A stretch of 63,372 nucleotides of DNA, the filler included, from Reclinomonas americana ATCC 50394 (lineage: Eukaryota): assembly GCA_048213135.1 (NCBI GenBank). It is 29 parts of 29 records of this genome, joined end to end, with 100 filler letters (N's around TTAATTAATTAA, not from the genome) between each part and the next. Parts side by side here need not be neighbours in the genome. Positions count along the whole stretch, not along the records: positions 47,874 to 50,771 come from AFZH01024766.1; positions 50,872 to 52,367 come from AFZH01024767.1; positions 52,468 to 53,866 come from AFZH01024768.1; positions 53,967 to 55,937 come from AFZH01024772.1; positions 56,038 to 58,195 come from AFZH01024773.1; 24 more parts are not named here. One strand, written 5' to 3'. A model generated the notes under the pieces. That model was not told where the DNA came from. It saw nothing but the letters and a program-made list of their open reading frames with translations, and made no database searches. The first letter of the stretch is position 1. The number at the start of each line of letters is the position of its first letter. Positions 48,766 to 58,295 of the stretch are shown piece after piece. Both the position numbers and the translations under genes were made by a program.

Positions 48766-49500
48766 TCAGGAAACGAAGTAGCCGGTGAGCTGGTAGCCGA
48801 CGAGGACGAAGCCCGCGGTGAGCATCCAGACATTGGCGGTGTAGGCGTGGCGCCAGAATCCGGCGGTGCGGCGCCAGAAGCCCATGGCGATCAGGATCAT
48901 GCCGAGCGCGGTCAGCTGGCCGAGCTCGACGCCGACATTGAAGGCGAGCAGGTTGGGGATCAGCCCGTCCGGCGAGATCTCGTATTCCAGGATCTTGGTC
49001 GAGAGACCGAAGCCGTGGAACAGGCCGAAGATCAGCGTCGCTGCCTTCGTGTTCGGCTGGTAGCCGAGCCAGCGCTGGAAGGCGCCCATGTTGTCGAGCG
49101 CTTTGTAGGCGACCGACAGGCCGATGATGGCGTCGATGAGGTAGCTGTTGATCCCGACGTTGAAATAGACGCCGAGCAGCATCGTCGTCGAATGGCCGAG
49201 CGCGAACAGGCTGACATAGATCGCGATGTGCTTGGCCCGGTAGAGGAAGAAGATCACCCCGAACAGGAACAGGATGTGGTCGTAGCCCGTCACCATGTGC
49301 TTGGCGCCGAGATAGACGAAGGGGAGCAGGTGCACCCCCGTGATCTCCTTGATGTAGCCCTTGTCGCCCTCGGCGACGGCGTGGGCCAACGCGCTCTCGA
49401 TCCCCGGCAGCAGGAGCAGGAAGGCGAGCGCGAGAGGAAGGAGCAGACGCAAGGCTGCGTGATGCAGCAGGCGCCGCCCTCCGGTTAGAGGTCGTTGCAT
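48766..49500 (-). CDS. HupE/UreJ family membrane protein (Ni/Co permease-like)
   Basis: Signal peptide then AH, GAKHMVTGYDHILFL, GHSTT, FGLFHGFG, FNVGVELGQ. Confidence 0.9.
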   Translation of the reverse strand: MQRPLTGGRRLLHHAALRLLLPLALAFLLLLPGIESALAHAVAEGDKGYIKEITGVHLLPFVYLGAKHMVTGYDHILFLFGVIFFLYRAKHIAIYVSLFALGHSTTMLLGVYFNVGINSYLIDAIIGLSVAYKALDNMGAFQRWLGYQPNTKAATLIFGLFHGFGLSTKILEYEISPDGLIPNLLAFNVGVELGQLTALGMILIAMGFWRRTAGFWRHAYTANVWMLTAGFVLVGYQLTGYFVS

Positions 49501-49551
49501 GAAGGATCCGATGGTTCGTCGTTGAAATCTGCCGCACGTGCGGCGGGAAGT

Positions 49552-49938
49552 TCAGGCGACGACGGATCGAGGCGGACGTTCCAGGCCCGCGGGCTCGCCG
49601 GAGGCCGAGCGCTGATGCTCGTGCCGGATCGCCGTGCGCGCAAAGCGCGGCGTACCCAGTGGGGTCAGCGCGACGATGTTGGCCGTCTCATGGACGTGAT
49701 CGGCGGTGTTGTGCCCATGGACATGGCCGGGAAGCCGTTCGTCGGCCTCGCCGTCGTCATGGGCATGCCCATGCGCCGCGATCTCGGCGGCGAGTTCCGC
49801 ATGCCGGATGGCTTCAGCCTGCGCGATGGCGTGGGCGTTGTGGCCGGCCGAGACGTGCACGGCCGACAGCGTCATGCCCAGCGCCATCGCGAGCGCGATG
49901 ACGAGGCAGGAGAGCGCTTTGATGCGGCCACGCAGCAT
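49552..49938 (-). CDS. Small exported His-rich protein ending in ERPPR (DUF2946-like)
   Basis: Hydrophobic N-terminus, HGHAHDDG...GHVHGHNTADHVHE, terminal LERPPR. Confidence 0.7.
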   Translation of the reverse strand: MLRGRIKALSCLVIALAMALGMTLSAVHVSAGHNAHAIAQAEAIRHAELAAEIAAHGHAHDDGEADERLPGHVHGHNTADHVHETANIVALTPLGTPRFARTAIRHEHQRSASGEPAGLERPPRSVVA

Positions 49939-50004
49939 GATGAGCAGATAGAAAGCCTGTTGCTTAACGAATGGTTGACAGCGCCGGGCCCCGGAGCACG
50001 CCAC

Positions 50005-50035
50005 TTCCCATATCCCCCCTGGGGGGTTATGGGAA
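50005..50035. promoter_or_regulatory. CsoR/RcnR-type operator between divergent nreA and His-rich genes
   Basis: Inverted repeat TTCCCATA-TCCCCCC-T-GGGGGG-TTATGGGAA; TTGACA at 49975-49980. Confidence 0.75.
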
Positions 50036-50038
50036 GCC

Positions 50039-50314
50039 ATGAGCGATCACGTCCACGCCAGCCATCCCGCCATCGCCAAGCGGCTGCGCCGCGCCGGCGG
50101 GCATCTCGCCAAGGTCGTGGCGATGATCGAGGGCGGCAGCCCCTGCCTCGACATCGCGACCCAGCTGCAGGCGGTCGAGAGCGCCATCGTCCAGGCGAAA
50201 CGCACCCTGATCCAGGACCATCTCGATCACTGCATCGAGCATGTCGTCGCCGAGGTCCCGCCCGAGCGCCGCCGGCCCATCGACGAGTTCAAGGCGATCG
50301 CCAAGTTCCTCTAG
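50039..50314 (+). CDS. nreA: NreA-type metal-sensing repressor (CsoR/RcnR family)
   Basis: HASHPAIAKRLRRAGGHL, CLDIATQLQAVE, LIQDHLDHC, EFKAIAKFL. Confidence 0.9.
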   Translation: MSDHVHASHPAIAKRLRRAGGHLAKVVAMIEGGSPCLDIATQLQAVESAIVQAKRTLIQDHLDHCIEHVVAEVPPERRRPIDEFKAIAKFL

Positions 50315-50326
50315 AAGGATCAGTCC

Positions 50327-50771
50327 ATGCTCGCCGTCCTCGCCAACCGAACCTATGGACGGCTCTTCCTCGCGCAGATCATCGCGCTGCTGGGCACGGG
50401 GCTGTTGACGGTCGCGCTGGGTCTGCTCGCCTTCGCCCTCGCGGGCGACAGCGCGGGCACGGTTCTCGGCACGGCGCTGGCGATCAAGATGATCGCTTAC
50501 GTCGCCGTTGCGCCGGTGGTCGGGGCCTTCGCGGCGCAGCTGCCGCGCAAGGCCTTCCTGATCGCGATGGATCTGGTCCGGGCCGCGATCGCGCTGCTTT
50601 TGCCCTTCGTCAGCGAGATCTGGCAGATCTACGTGCTGATCTTCCTGCTGCAATCGGCCTCGGCCGCCTTCACCCCGACCTTCCAGGCGACGATCCCCGA
50701 CGTGCTGCCCGACGAGGCGGACTACACCAGGGCCCTCTCGCTCTCGCGGCTGGCCTATGATCTGGAGAGTT
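50327..50771 (+). CDS. nreB: NreB-type MFS nickel efflux transporter, partial
   Basis: LFLAQIIALLGTGL.TVALGLLA, GTALAIKMIAYV, SAAFTPTFQATIPDVLPDE..YTRALSLSRLAYDLES. Confidence 0.88.
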
Positions 50772-50871
50772 NNNNNNNNNNNNNNNNNNNNNNNNNNNNN
50801 NNNNNNNNNNNNNNNTTAATTAATTAANNNNNNNNNNNNNNNNNNNNNNNNNNNNNNNNNNNNNNNNNNNN

Positions 50872-51503
50872 GTCTCGACTGCTTCATGGTGGGCCTCGAT
50901 CGCACGGAAGAAGCCCTCTCGGTGCTGGCGTGACCCGGCGGAGTCGTGCGGTCCGTTGAGCAAAGCGATGGATCCGTATCCGTGCGCGAGGAGGTGCGCT
51001 GTTGCGGCGTGCGCTGCGGCCCTGTAGTCGATCGAGATCGAAGACGCCTGCTGTCCGGGATCGACCGGATGCAGCACTGCGATGGGGATGCCCGCTTCGG
51101 TGAACGGGCGGAGATCGGGGGCGTCGGACAAGGAGACCATGACGACGGAATCGACACGCCGCTCGACGAACGCCGCCACGTGCGACTGCTCGCGCTCGAC
51201 GTTGAGTCCTGAGTCGCCGATCAGCAGCAGGTTCCCCTGCGCGGCCGCCGCTTCTTCCAGTGCCCGCGCGAGTTCTCCGAAGAACCTGTTCGCGATGTCG
51301 GGCACGATCAGCCCGATCGAGAGCGTCTTGCCGAAACTCAGCGCTCGCGCCAGCGCGTTCGGTCGATAGTTGAGTTCGGTGGCGGCCCGCAGCACCTTTT
51401 CGCGCGTGGACGGCGCCACATTGCGCGGACCGTTGTTGAACACGTAGCTGACGACAGCCGTCGAGGTGCCGGCCCTGTCGGCGACGTCTCTGGCGGTGGC
51501 CAT
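50872..51503 (-). CDS. LacI family transcriptional regulator, partial
   Basis: HTH ATARDVADRAGTSTAVVSYVFN; LNYRPNALARAL. Confidence 0.95.
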
Positions 51504-51516
51504 TGAGCCCTCCCCA

Positions 51517-51628
51517 CTAAGCGGTTAGATGACGATGGTCAGCGTAGCATCGAGTTCGCCAACTTTGGCCTTGATTCGGTGCAGATCAGCGGCTATAGTC
51601 CATCTAACCGCATCGTCTAACCGCATAG
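51517..51628. promoter_or_regulatory. Three putative LacI operators, CTAACCGC(A/T)T(A/C)G
   Basis: CTAAGCGGTTAG 51517-51528, CTAACCGCATCG 51604-51615, CTAACCGCATAG 51617-51628. Confidence 0.7.
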
Positions 51629-51656
51629 ATTTGATGCCCATTCAAAGGAGAAGAAG

Positions 51657-52367
51657 ATGAAGCGACAAGTCGCCCTGATCGCGGGGCTGGCCGTTGCCGC
51701 TCTCGCTCTGTCGAGCTGCTCCGGCTCTGATGCCGGCACGACGGACTCCGAGGATGCCGCAGGCACCGTGCGATTCCTGGGGCCGGAAGACCCGAAGACG
51801 TTCGCCCCGGTGATCGCCGCCTTCGAGGAGAGCCACCCCGGCATCACCGTCGAATACACGCAGGTCCCTTTCGATCAGTACGCCACGACGCTCCAGCAGC
51901 GGCTCTCGGCGAAGGACGACACGATCGACGTGTTCGCGGTCGATCAGCCGAATCTCGCACAGATCGCGGCGCAGGGCTTCCTCGAGGACCTGAGCGCTCT
52001 GAAAGCGGAGGCGAAGGACGCGACATCGGCAGCGCAGTTCGAGATCAACATCTATGACGACAAGATGTACGCACTCTCCATCTGGAACTCGACGCAGATG
52101 CTGTTCTACAACAAGGATCTGCTCGCGGCGGCCGGCATCGACGCTCCCTCCGTCGACCCGGCGGAGCGGTGGACCTGGGAGCAGACGGCCGACGCCGGAC
52201 GCGCGGCCCAGGCCGCCGGCGCCGAATCGGGTCTGCTCCTCGAGCAGGTCGAGGCCTACTATCAGCTGCAGCCCCTCATCGAGTCAGCCGGTGGCGGATC
52301 GGGGATATCCGGCCCGGAGATGCTCGACCTCGACGTCACCGATGACGGGTGGCAGAAGGCGCTTACC
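51657..52367 (+). CDS. Carbohydrate ABC transporter substrate-binding lipoprotein, partial
   Basis: Lipobox LSSC, FEESHPGITVE, LFYNKDLL, WTWEQ; AAGGAG RBS. Confidence 0.92.
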
Positions 52368-52467
52368 NNNNNNNNNNNNNNNNNNNNNNNNNNNNNNNNN
52401 NNNNNNNNNNNTTAATTAATTAANNNNNNNNNNNNNNNNNNNNNNNNNNNNNNNNNNNNNNNNNNNN

Positions 52468-52888
52468 TACCAGGTCGCTGCTGTCGATCATGATCCTGCT
52501 GTCCTGGATCGGAGTCGGCTACTGGATGATGTTCCTCATCGCGGGGCTCAATGACATCCCGACGTCGTACTACGAAGCGGCCTCGCTCGACGGAGCCTCG
52601 TGGTGGCGGCAGACCTGGTCGATCACGCTTCCGCTGCTGCGCCGTCCGCTGGCTTTCGTCCTCGTCGCCGACACCGTCTCGAACTTCCTGGTCTTCGCAC
52701 CCGTGCAGATCCTCACCAAGGGCGGACCGAACGGCTCCACGAACCTTCTGATGCACGACCTCTACACGCGTGCGTACACCTTCGGCGACATCAACAAGGC
52801 CCAGGCCGAGGTCGTCATCCTCGTGCTCATCAACGTGGTGATCGTCGCCCTGCAGTTCCGGCTTCTCAAGACGGAGGACCAGCCGTGA
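52468..52888 (+). CDS. Carbohydrate ABC permease 1, C-terminal part
   Basis: EAA loop YYEAASLDGASWW...ITLPLLR; TKGGPNGST. Confidence 0.93.
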
Positions 52889-53748
52889 CCACGATCATCT
52901 CGACGCGACCACGGTTCTCGCGCAAGACCGTCCTGCTGCTCTGGTCGACTCTGCTGTCGGTCACGGTGGGCATCGCCTTCCTCATCCCGCTGTGGTGGAC
53001 CTTCATCAACTCCCTCCGACCCGGAGCGGAGACCTTCAGCTACCTCAATCCTCTGCAGTGGCAGACCTTCTTCACCGTCACTCCGACCCTCGACAACTAC
53101 GCCGCACTGCTCGAGAGCGACCTCGGCCGCGCCATCCTCAACTCGCTGTTCGTGAGCGTCGTGACGGTGGTTGCTGGGCTCGTCGTCTGCGCGACGGCCG
53201 CGTTCGGGCTCTCGGCGTTCCGGTTCCGTGGGCAGGCAGCGCTCTTCTCGGTCGTCATCCTGTCGTTCCTCATCCCGTTCGATGCCATCGCCATCCCCCT
53301 CGCGGCCATGTTCCGCGACTGGCAGCTGCAGAACACCTTCCTCGGCCTCATCCTCCCGGGGATCGGCAACGGCATGGCGATCTTCCTGCTGCGCACCTTC
53401 TTCCTCGCCATCCCGGAGGAGCTGGTCGAGGCGGGGCGACTAGACGGACTCGGATGGTGGGGCATTTTCACCCGCATCTACCTGCCGCTCTCCCGCCCTG
53501 CTCTCATCGGTGCAGGTCTCATGCTGTTCCTCTTCCAGTGGCAGGCGTACGTCTGGCCCCTGCTGATGGGAACCGACGAGGAGCACATCCTCGGTCCGGT
53601 CGCGCTGTCGAACATGCAGGGCCAGTTCCAGGTCGACTACGGCGTCCTCTTCGCCGCGTCGATGATCCTCGTCCTCATCCCGTTGGCGATCATCCTCAGC
53701 TTCCAGCGGTACTTCATCCAGTCGGTCAGCACGACCGGTCTGAAATGA
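52885..53748 (+). CDS. Carbohydrate ABC permease 2
   Basis: GTG start overlapping the upstream TGA; IPEELVEAGRLDG; FQRYFIQSVSTTGLK. Confidence 0.93.
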   Translation: MTTIISTRPRFSRKTVLLLWSTLLSVTVGIAFLIPLWWTFINSLRPGAETFSYLNPLQWQTFFTVTPTLDNYAALLESDLGRAILNSLFVSVVTVVAGLVVCATAAFGLSAFRFRGQAALFSVVILSFLIPFDAIAIPLAAMFRDWQLQNTFLGLILPGIGNGMAIFLLRTFFLAIPEELVEAGRLDGLGWWGIFTRIYLPLSRPALIGAGLMLFLFQWQAYVWPLLMGTDEEHILGPVALSNMQGQFQVDYGVLFAASMILVLIPLAIILSFQRYFIQSVSTTGLK

Positions 53749-53774
53749 CCGCGAACTCTCGAAAGGCACCTCAG

Positions 53775-53866
53775 ATGTCCGCACCTCACCGCGTCATCCT
53801 CGACACCGACATCGGAACGGATGTCGATGACCTGATGGCATTGGCGCTGATCCTCGGGTCGCCGAG
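53775..53866 (+). CDS. Nucleoside hydrolase N-terminus
   Basis: GAAAGG RBS; VILDTDIGTDVDDLMAL signature. Confidence 0.85.
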
Positions 53867-53966
53867 NNNNNNNNNNNNNNNNNNNNNNNNNNNNNNNNNN
53901 NNNNNNNNNNTTAATTAATTAANNNNNNNNNNNNNNNNNNNNNNNNNNNNNNNNNNNNNNNNNNNN

Positions 53967-55034
53967 AGATGGCGGCATGGAACGCCGCAGTGTTCTCCTC
54001 GACGCCCGTCGAATCGTACGTGAGGGAGCATCTCGGAGCACGCTCCCTCGCCGATGCTCTCCGCGAGCACGCCCCCTCGTCACGACGGTGCGCGGCAGCG
54101 CGATCACCAGCGACCTCGGAGACGAAGAGCTCGCCGGCGCGGTTGCGGCCGCGACGGATGCGGACGTCGTGGTGCTCGCGCTGGGCGGGCGAGTCTGTGG
54201 TTCAACGGGGAGCGGACCGAGGGCGAGGGCAGCGATTCGGCCGACATCGCCCTGCCCTCTGCGCAGGTGCGGCTCGCCGAGGCGGTCGCGGCCACCGGTA
54301 AGCCGATCGTCGTCGTGCTCACCCAGGGCCGCGCGTACTCGCTCCCGAAGGTCGTGCAGGAGGCATCGGCGATCCTCATCACCTCGTACAACGGCCCGTT
54401 CGGCCCCGCTGCTGTCGCCGACGTGCTCTACGGTGCGGTCGAACCGAGCGGAAAGCTCCCCTACACGATCCCCCGACACGGTGGCCAGGTCCCGATCTAT
54501 CACCACCAGCGATCGGGTTCCGGGTATCGAAACCCTCTGCCGCCCGACGTCGCCGAACTGTATCTCGACATGCCGGCGACTCCGCTGTACCCCTTCGGGC
54601 ACGGTCACACGTACACGGAGTTCGCGATCGAGTCGCTCGAAACTCCCGCATCCTTCGGTACCGATGGCGCTGCCCGAGTGCGCTGTACAGTGCGGAACAT
54701 CGGAGACCGGGGCGGTGTGGCCGTGCCACAGCTCTACCTCCGGATGACCGGATTCGGGGTCGCGCGACCCGCGCAGCAGCTGGCCGGCTTCGTTCGAGTG
54801 GAGCTGGAAGCCGGAGCATCCGCCGACGTCGAGTTCACCATCGACGCCGCCCAGCTCGGCCACACGGACCTGGCGAATGACTTCGTCGTCGAGCCGGGGG
54901 AGATCGAACTGTTCATCGGACTGGACGCCGGTGACACCACGGTCTCCGGAGCCATGACGCTGACCGGCGAGAAGCGTCCGCTCCGTGCCGACGAGCGGGT
55001 GTTCCGCTCGTCCGTCACCGCCGAAGTCCGTTGA
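53967..55034 (+). CDS. GH3 beta-glucosidase C-terminal domain + Fn3-like domain, with two apparent 1-nt frameshifts
   Basis: ADVVVLALGG, TEGEG.D, PSGKLPYTIP, PLYPFGHGHTYTEF, VPQLY, QLAGF; frame changes near 54072-54076 and 54187-54189. Confidence 0.88.
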
Positions 55035-55072
55035 GCGGGGTGTGGTCGCGCAAGTGCGCGACCACATCCCTC

Positions 55073-55937
55073 TCATGGAGTGGAGCCTGTCCTGTCGACC
55101 TCGGCCGTCGAGAAATACGTCCGATCGGCGCTGCGAACGACTCTTTCGGGCCCCTCGACGCGCACGGCCGCTTCAGCAGCCGGTGTCGCGGAGTCGAATC
55201 CGACGAAGATCTGAAGCTCCCCGGGCTGCACCTTCACGCGACGATCGACTCCGGAAGCGGCCAGCTGATCAGCGTGCAATCGGAACCGGATGACCGCGCT
55301 CTCGCCCTCGTCGAGATCGACCTGGGTGAAGCCGGCGAGCTGCTGATGAGGGCGGATGATGCCGCTCACCCGTGACCGCAGATAGAGCTGCACCATCGTG
55401 GACCCGGCTCGGTCACCGGCGTTCGAGATGGGCACTGCGATGTCGAAGTCTCCATCGGTCGTGACCACCTCAGGAGCCTGGAGAGCCCCGAGTTTGAAAC
55501 GCGCGTAGCCCAGCCCGTAGCCGAAGGGATAAGCGGGGTCGGCGTCAAGGTCGAGGTACCCGGCGGTGGCGTAGTCCGCGGTCGCCGGTCGACCGCCGCT
55601 TCCGGCGGTCCGGTGATGGTAGATGGGCACCTGGCCGACGTGCTTCGGGATCGAGTACGGGAGACGGCCAATCGGATCTGCGTCGCCGACGATGACGTCG
55701 ACGACGGCCGAGGCGCCGAACGGGCCGCCGTACGACGAGACGAGAACCGCCCTTGCCTTGCTGACAACGGCGGGCAGCGTGTACGCCCTCCCCTGCACGA
55801 GCACGATGATGAAGGGCGTTCCGGTCGCGGCGATCGCTTCGAGGAGTCGCGTCTGCGGCGCGGGCAGCGCGATGTCCGCGGTGTCGCTGGCCTCGCCCTC
55901 GGTCCGTTCGCCGGTGAACCACAGGCTCGCGCCGCCG
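55073..55937 (-). CDS. Second GH3 beta-glucosidase C-terminal part, convergent paralog
   Basis: GGASLWFTGERTEGEASDTADIALP, GRLPYSIP, YPFGYGLGY, VQLY, QQLAGF. Confidence 0.9.
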
Positions 55938-56037
55938 NNNNNNNNNNNNNNNNNNNNNNNNNNNNNNNNNNNNNNNNNNNNTTAATTAATTAANNNNNNN
56001 NNNNNNNNNNNNNNNNNNNNNNNNNNNNNNNNNNNNN

Positions 56038-56325
56038 GCCGTAGAGCTGGTCGAGATTGGCGAAGACCTGGGCGCGGGTCGAGGTATAGGCCGCGCCCGA
56101 GCTCTCCTGCAGCAGCTGGTGCTGGACGATGCGGTCCAGCAGCCGCTGGACGTTGGGATTGCTGACCCCGACGGTACCGCCGCTGATCGAGTCGACGCTC
56201 GAGACATTGCGCCGGACATAGCCGGGCGTGCCGGCATTGGCGACGTTCTGCGAGACGACGCCGATGCCGATCTGGGCGCTGTTCAGCCCGGAAATCGCGG
56301 TGCCGAGCGAAGTGCTGAGACCCAT
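56038..56325 (-). CDS. flgK: Flagellar hook-associated protein FlgK, N-terminal part
   Basis: AISGL...VSQNVANAGTPGYVRR; AGGAG RBS; directly downstream of flgE. Confidence 0.9.
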
Positions 56326-56403
56326 CGTCAACTCCTGTCGTACTGGTCCGGTCGGTTTCGGCCCGGCCCTTCTGGGCCGTCAGGCCGGGCTGCGCTCAGC
56401 CGT

Positions 56404-57816
56404 TCAGCGGATGATGTTGAAGACGTCGCGCAGCATCTCCTGCGCCGTGGAGATCACCTTGGTGTTGGCCGAATAGGCCTGCTGGGTGACGATCATCTTC
56501 GAGAACTCGTCGGCGATGTCGGTGTTGGACTGTTCGACATTGCCGCCGATCAGCGCCGAGGTGCCGAGGCCGACGATCGGCGCGCCCGACTCGATCGTCT
56601 CCTCGAAGGCGCCGCCGTCGAGGCGCTTCAGCGCATTGCCTGCATTGAAGCGGGCGACCGCGATCTGGGCCAGCGCCACGACCTGTCCGTTGCTGAAGGT
56701 GCCGATCACCTGGCCCTCGTTCGAGATCGAGACCCGGTCGAGCGTACCGGCGGTGTAGCCGTTCTGGCGGATGCTGCGGGCGTCGATCTGGCCACTGGTG
56801 TCGCCGTTCTGCGTCAGGCTGGTGCCATTGGTGACGATGCTGATGGGAGCAGCGGCAGGCGAGATGGCGGTGCCGCCGATCGTCATCGGCGGGATGGTGA
56901 TGTTGCCGCTCGCGGGGCTCGTCATCTTGCCGGTGTTGTCGAAGGTGATGTCGGTGTTGACGTTTCGATACGCCACGGTCGCGCCGGTCGCGCCGGTGTT
57001 CTCCGCGATGAACAGGTTCCAGGTATCGGCGACAGCCGGCGGACCGGCAGCCGCATTCGAGACCTTGGCCCAGCGCAGTTCAACGCTCGTCGCCTTGCCG
57101 AGCGAGTCGTAGACCGTGACCTGGCCGCCGGGGATCGAGCGGTTGAGGAAGGTGGTCAGGTCGCTGCCGACCACGGTGCCGCTGCCGCCGGATGCCGTCG
57201 TGCTCGGGTTCGTGCCGAAGCCGGTGCCGGCATTGAGCAGCTCGGAGCCCGGCGTCGAGGTGTTGGCGGCATTCGTCTTCGGATAAGCCGGGATGTTGGC
57301 GCTGTATTCGATCTGGGTCGTCGCCTTGGCCGGGAACTGGTCCTTGGTGATGCGCAGCACATCCGGCTGGCTGCCGATCACCTGGCCGGTGACGGGATCG
57401 ATCTTCTGGCCCTTCAGATAGTAGCCCGCGCCGTTGACGAGGTAGCCGTCGGCGTCGAAGTCGAAATCGCCGCGGCGGGTGTAGAGGTTGGTGTTGGCGA
57501 ACTGCGTCGAGGCGCCGACGCCGCTCTGGCGCTGGTCGACCACGAAGAAGCCGTCGCCGTTGATCGCCGCATTGGTGTCGATGCGGGTGGCGTTGAGGTC
57601 GCCCTGGATCGTGTTGGTCGCCCGGCTATAGGAGGCGACCGAGCCGGCGATCTGGCGGTTCAGCGCCGAATCCGGCACGAGGTCGGAGAAGCTGGTGTCG
57701 ACCCGCTTGAAGCCGGCGGTGCGCGAGTTCGCGATGTTGCCGGAGATATTCTCGAGGGCATAGGACTGGGCCTGCATGCCCGTCACGGCCGTCGTCAGAG
57801 CACTGAAAACACCCAT
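56404..57816 (-). CDS. flgE: Flagellar hook protein FlgE
   Basis: ISGNIANSRTAGFK, GDGFFVV, YTRRGDF, EQSNTDIADEFSKMIVTQQAYSANTKVI. Confidence 0.95.
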   Translation of the reverse strand: MGVFSALTTAVTGMQAQSYALENISGNIANSRTAGFKRVDTSFSDLVPDSALNRQIAGSVASYSRATNTIQGDLNATRIDTNAAINGDGFFVVDQRQSGVGASTQFANTNLYTRRGDFDFDADGYLVNGAGYYLKGQKIDPVTGQVIGSQPDVLRITKDQFPAKATTQIEYSANIPAYPKTNAANTSTPGSELLNAGTGFGTNPSTTASGGSGTVVGSDLTTFLNRSIPGGQVTVYDSLGKATSVELRWAKVSNAAAGPPAVADTWNLFIAENTGATGATVAYRNVNTDITFDNTGKMTSPASGNITIPPMTIGGTAISPAAAPISIVTNGTSLTQNGDTSGQIDARSIRQNGYTAGTLDRVSISNEGQVIGTFSNGQVVALAQIAVARFNAGNALKRLDGGAFEETIESGAPIVGLGTSALIGGNVEQSNTDIADEFSKMIVTQQAYSANTKVISTAQEMLRDVFNIIR

Positions 57817-57886
57817 CGCAACCTCACCTGGTCGTCAGACCTGGACAGCGCCCCCCATGGGCGGCATGTCGAACCGAGGCTGGTTT

Positions 57887-57902
57887 TGCACGGCCTGTGC
57901 CA
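57887..57902 (-). promoter_or_regulatory. Sigma54 -24/-12 promoter of flgE
   Basis: Minus strand TGGCACAGGCCGTGCA (GG-N10-GC), about 70 bp upstream of the ATG. Confidence 0.8.
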
Positions 57903-57965
57903 GCGCCGTGCTTGAGATATTTCAAGAGCTTGGATGGTTTTCGAAAGGTTTCCCGACGTTTCCGA

Positions 57966-58002
57966 CCGGGCAGATTCCTCCAGCGCCGGCAAATTCTGCC
58001 GG
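57966..58002. promoter_or_regulatory. Putative ftr-like (FlbD enhancer) sites
   Basis: CCGGCAAATTCTGCCGG at 57986-58002 plus weaker CCGGGCAGATTCCTCC, about 85-100 bp upstream of the sigma54 site. Confidence 0.6.
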
Positions 58003-58010
58003 GCTCAGTC

Positions 58011-58156
58011 GTCATTCCGGGGGCAGGACGCAGTCCTGAGCCCGGAACCCAGAACCGATGCGCCTTGTCACAAAGGCGCGGACCTTGAGGAGCCTCTCCG
58101 GAACCCGCGCCGCCTCTGGATTCCAGGCTCGACGCTCCGCGTCGCCCCGGAATGAC
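58011..58156. repeat. Alphaproteobacterial REP/RIME-like palindromic element
   Basis: Terminal inverted repeat GTCATTCCGGGG...CCCCGGAATGAC with internal GAGCCCGGAACCCAGA/TCTGGATTCCAGGCTC arms. Confidence 0.8.
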
Positions 58157-58295
58157 CATCGAGGCTCACCCCTCCTTGCCGCCCCAGCCGGAAAGNNNNN
58201 NNNNNNNNNNNNNNNNNNNNNNNNNNNNNNNNNNNNNNNTTAATTAATTAANNNNNNNNNNNNNNNNNNNNNNNNNNNNNNNNNNNNNNNNNNNN

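Noticed and set aside
56359..56392. GC-rich hairpin between flgE and flgK as a terminator
   Set aside because: No U-tract on the coding strand; it may only be an mRNA stability stem.
56119..57915. 598-aa plus-strand ORF (and similar long ORFs such as 58646-60355, 11624-12871, 10380-11501)
   Set aside because: Antisense or alternate-frame shadows of real genes in high-GC DNA; no recognisable motifs.
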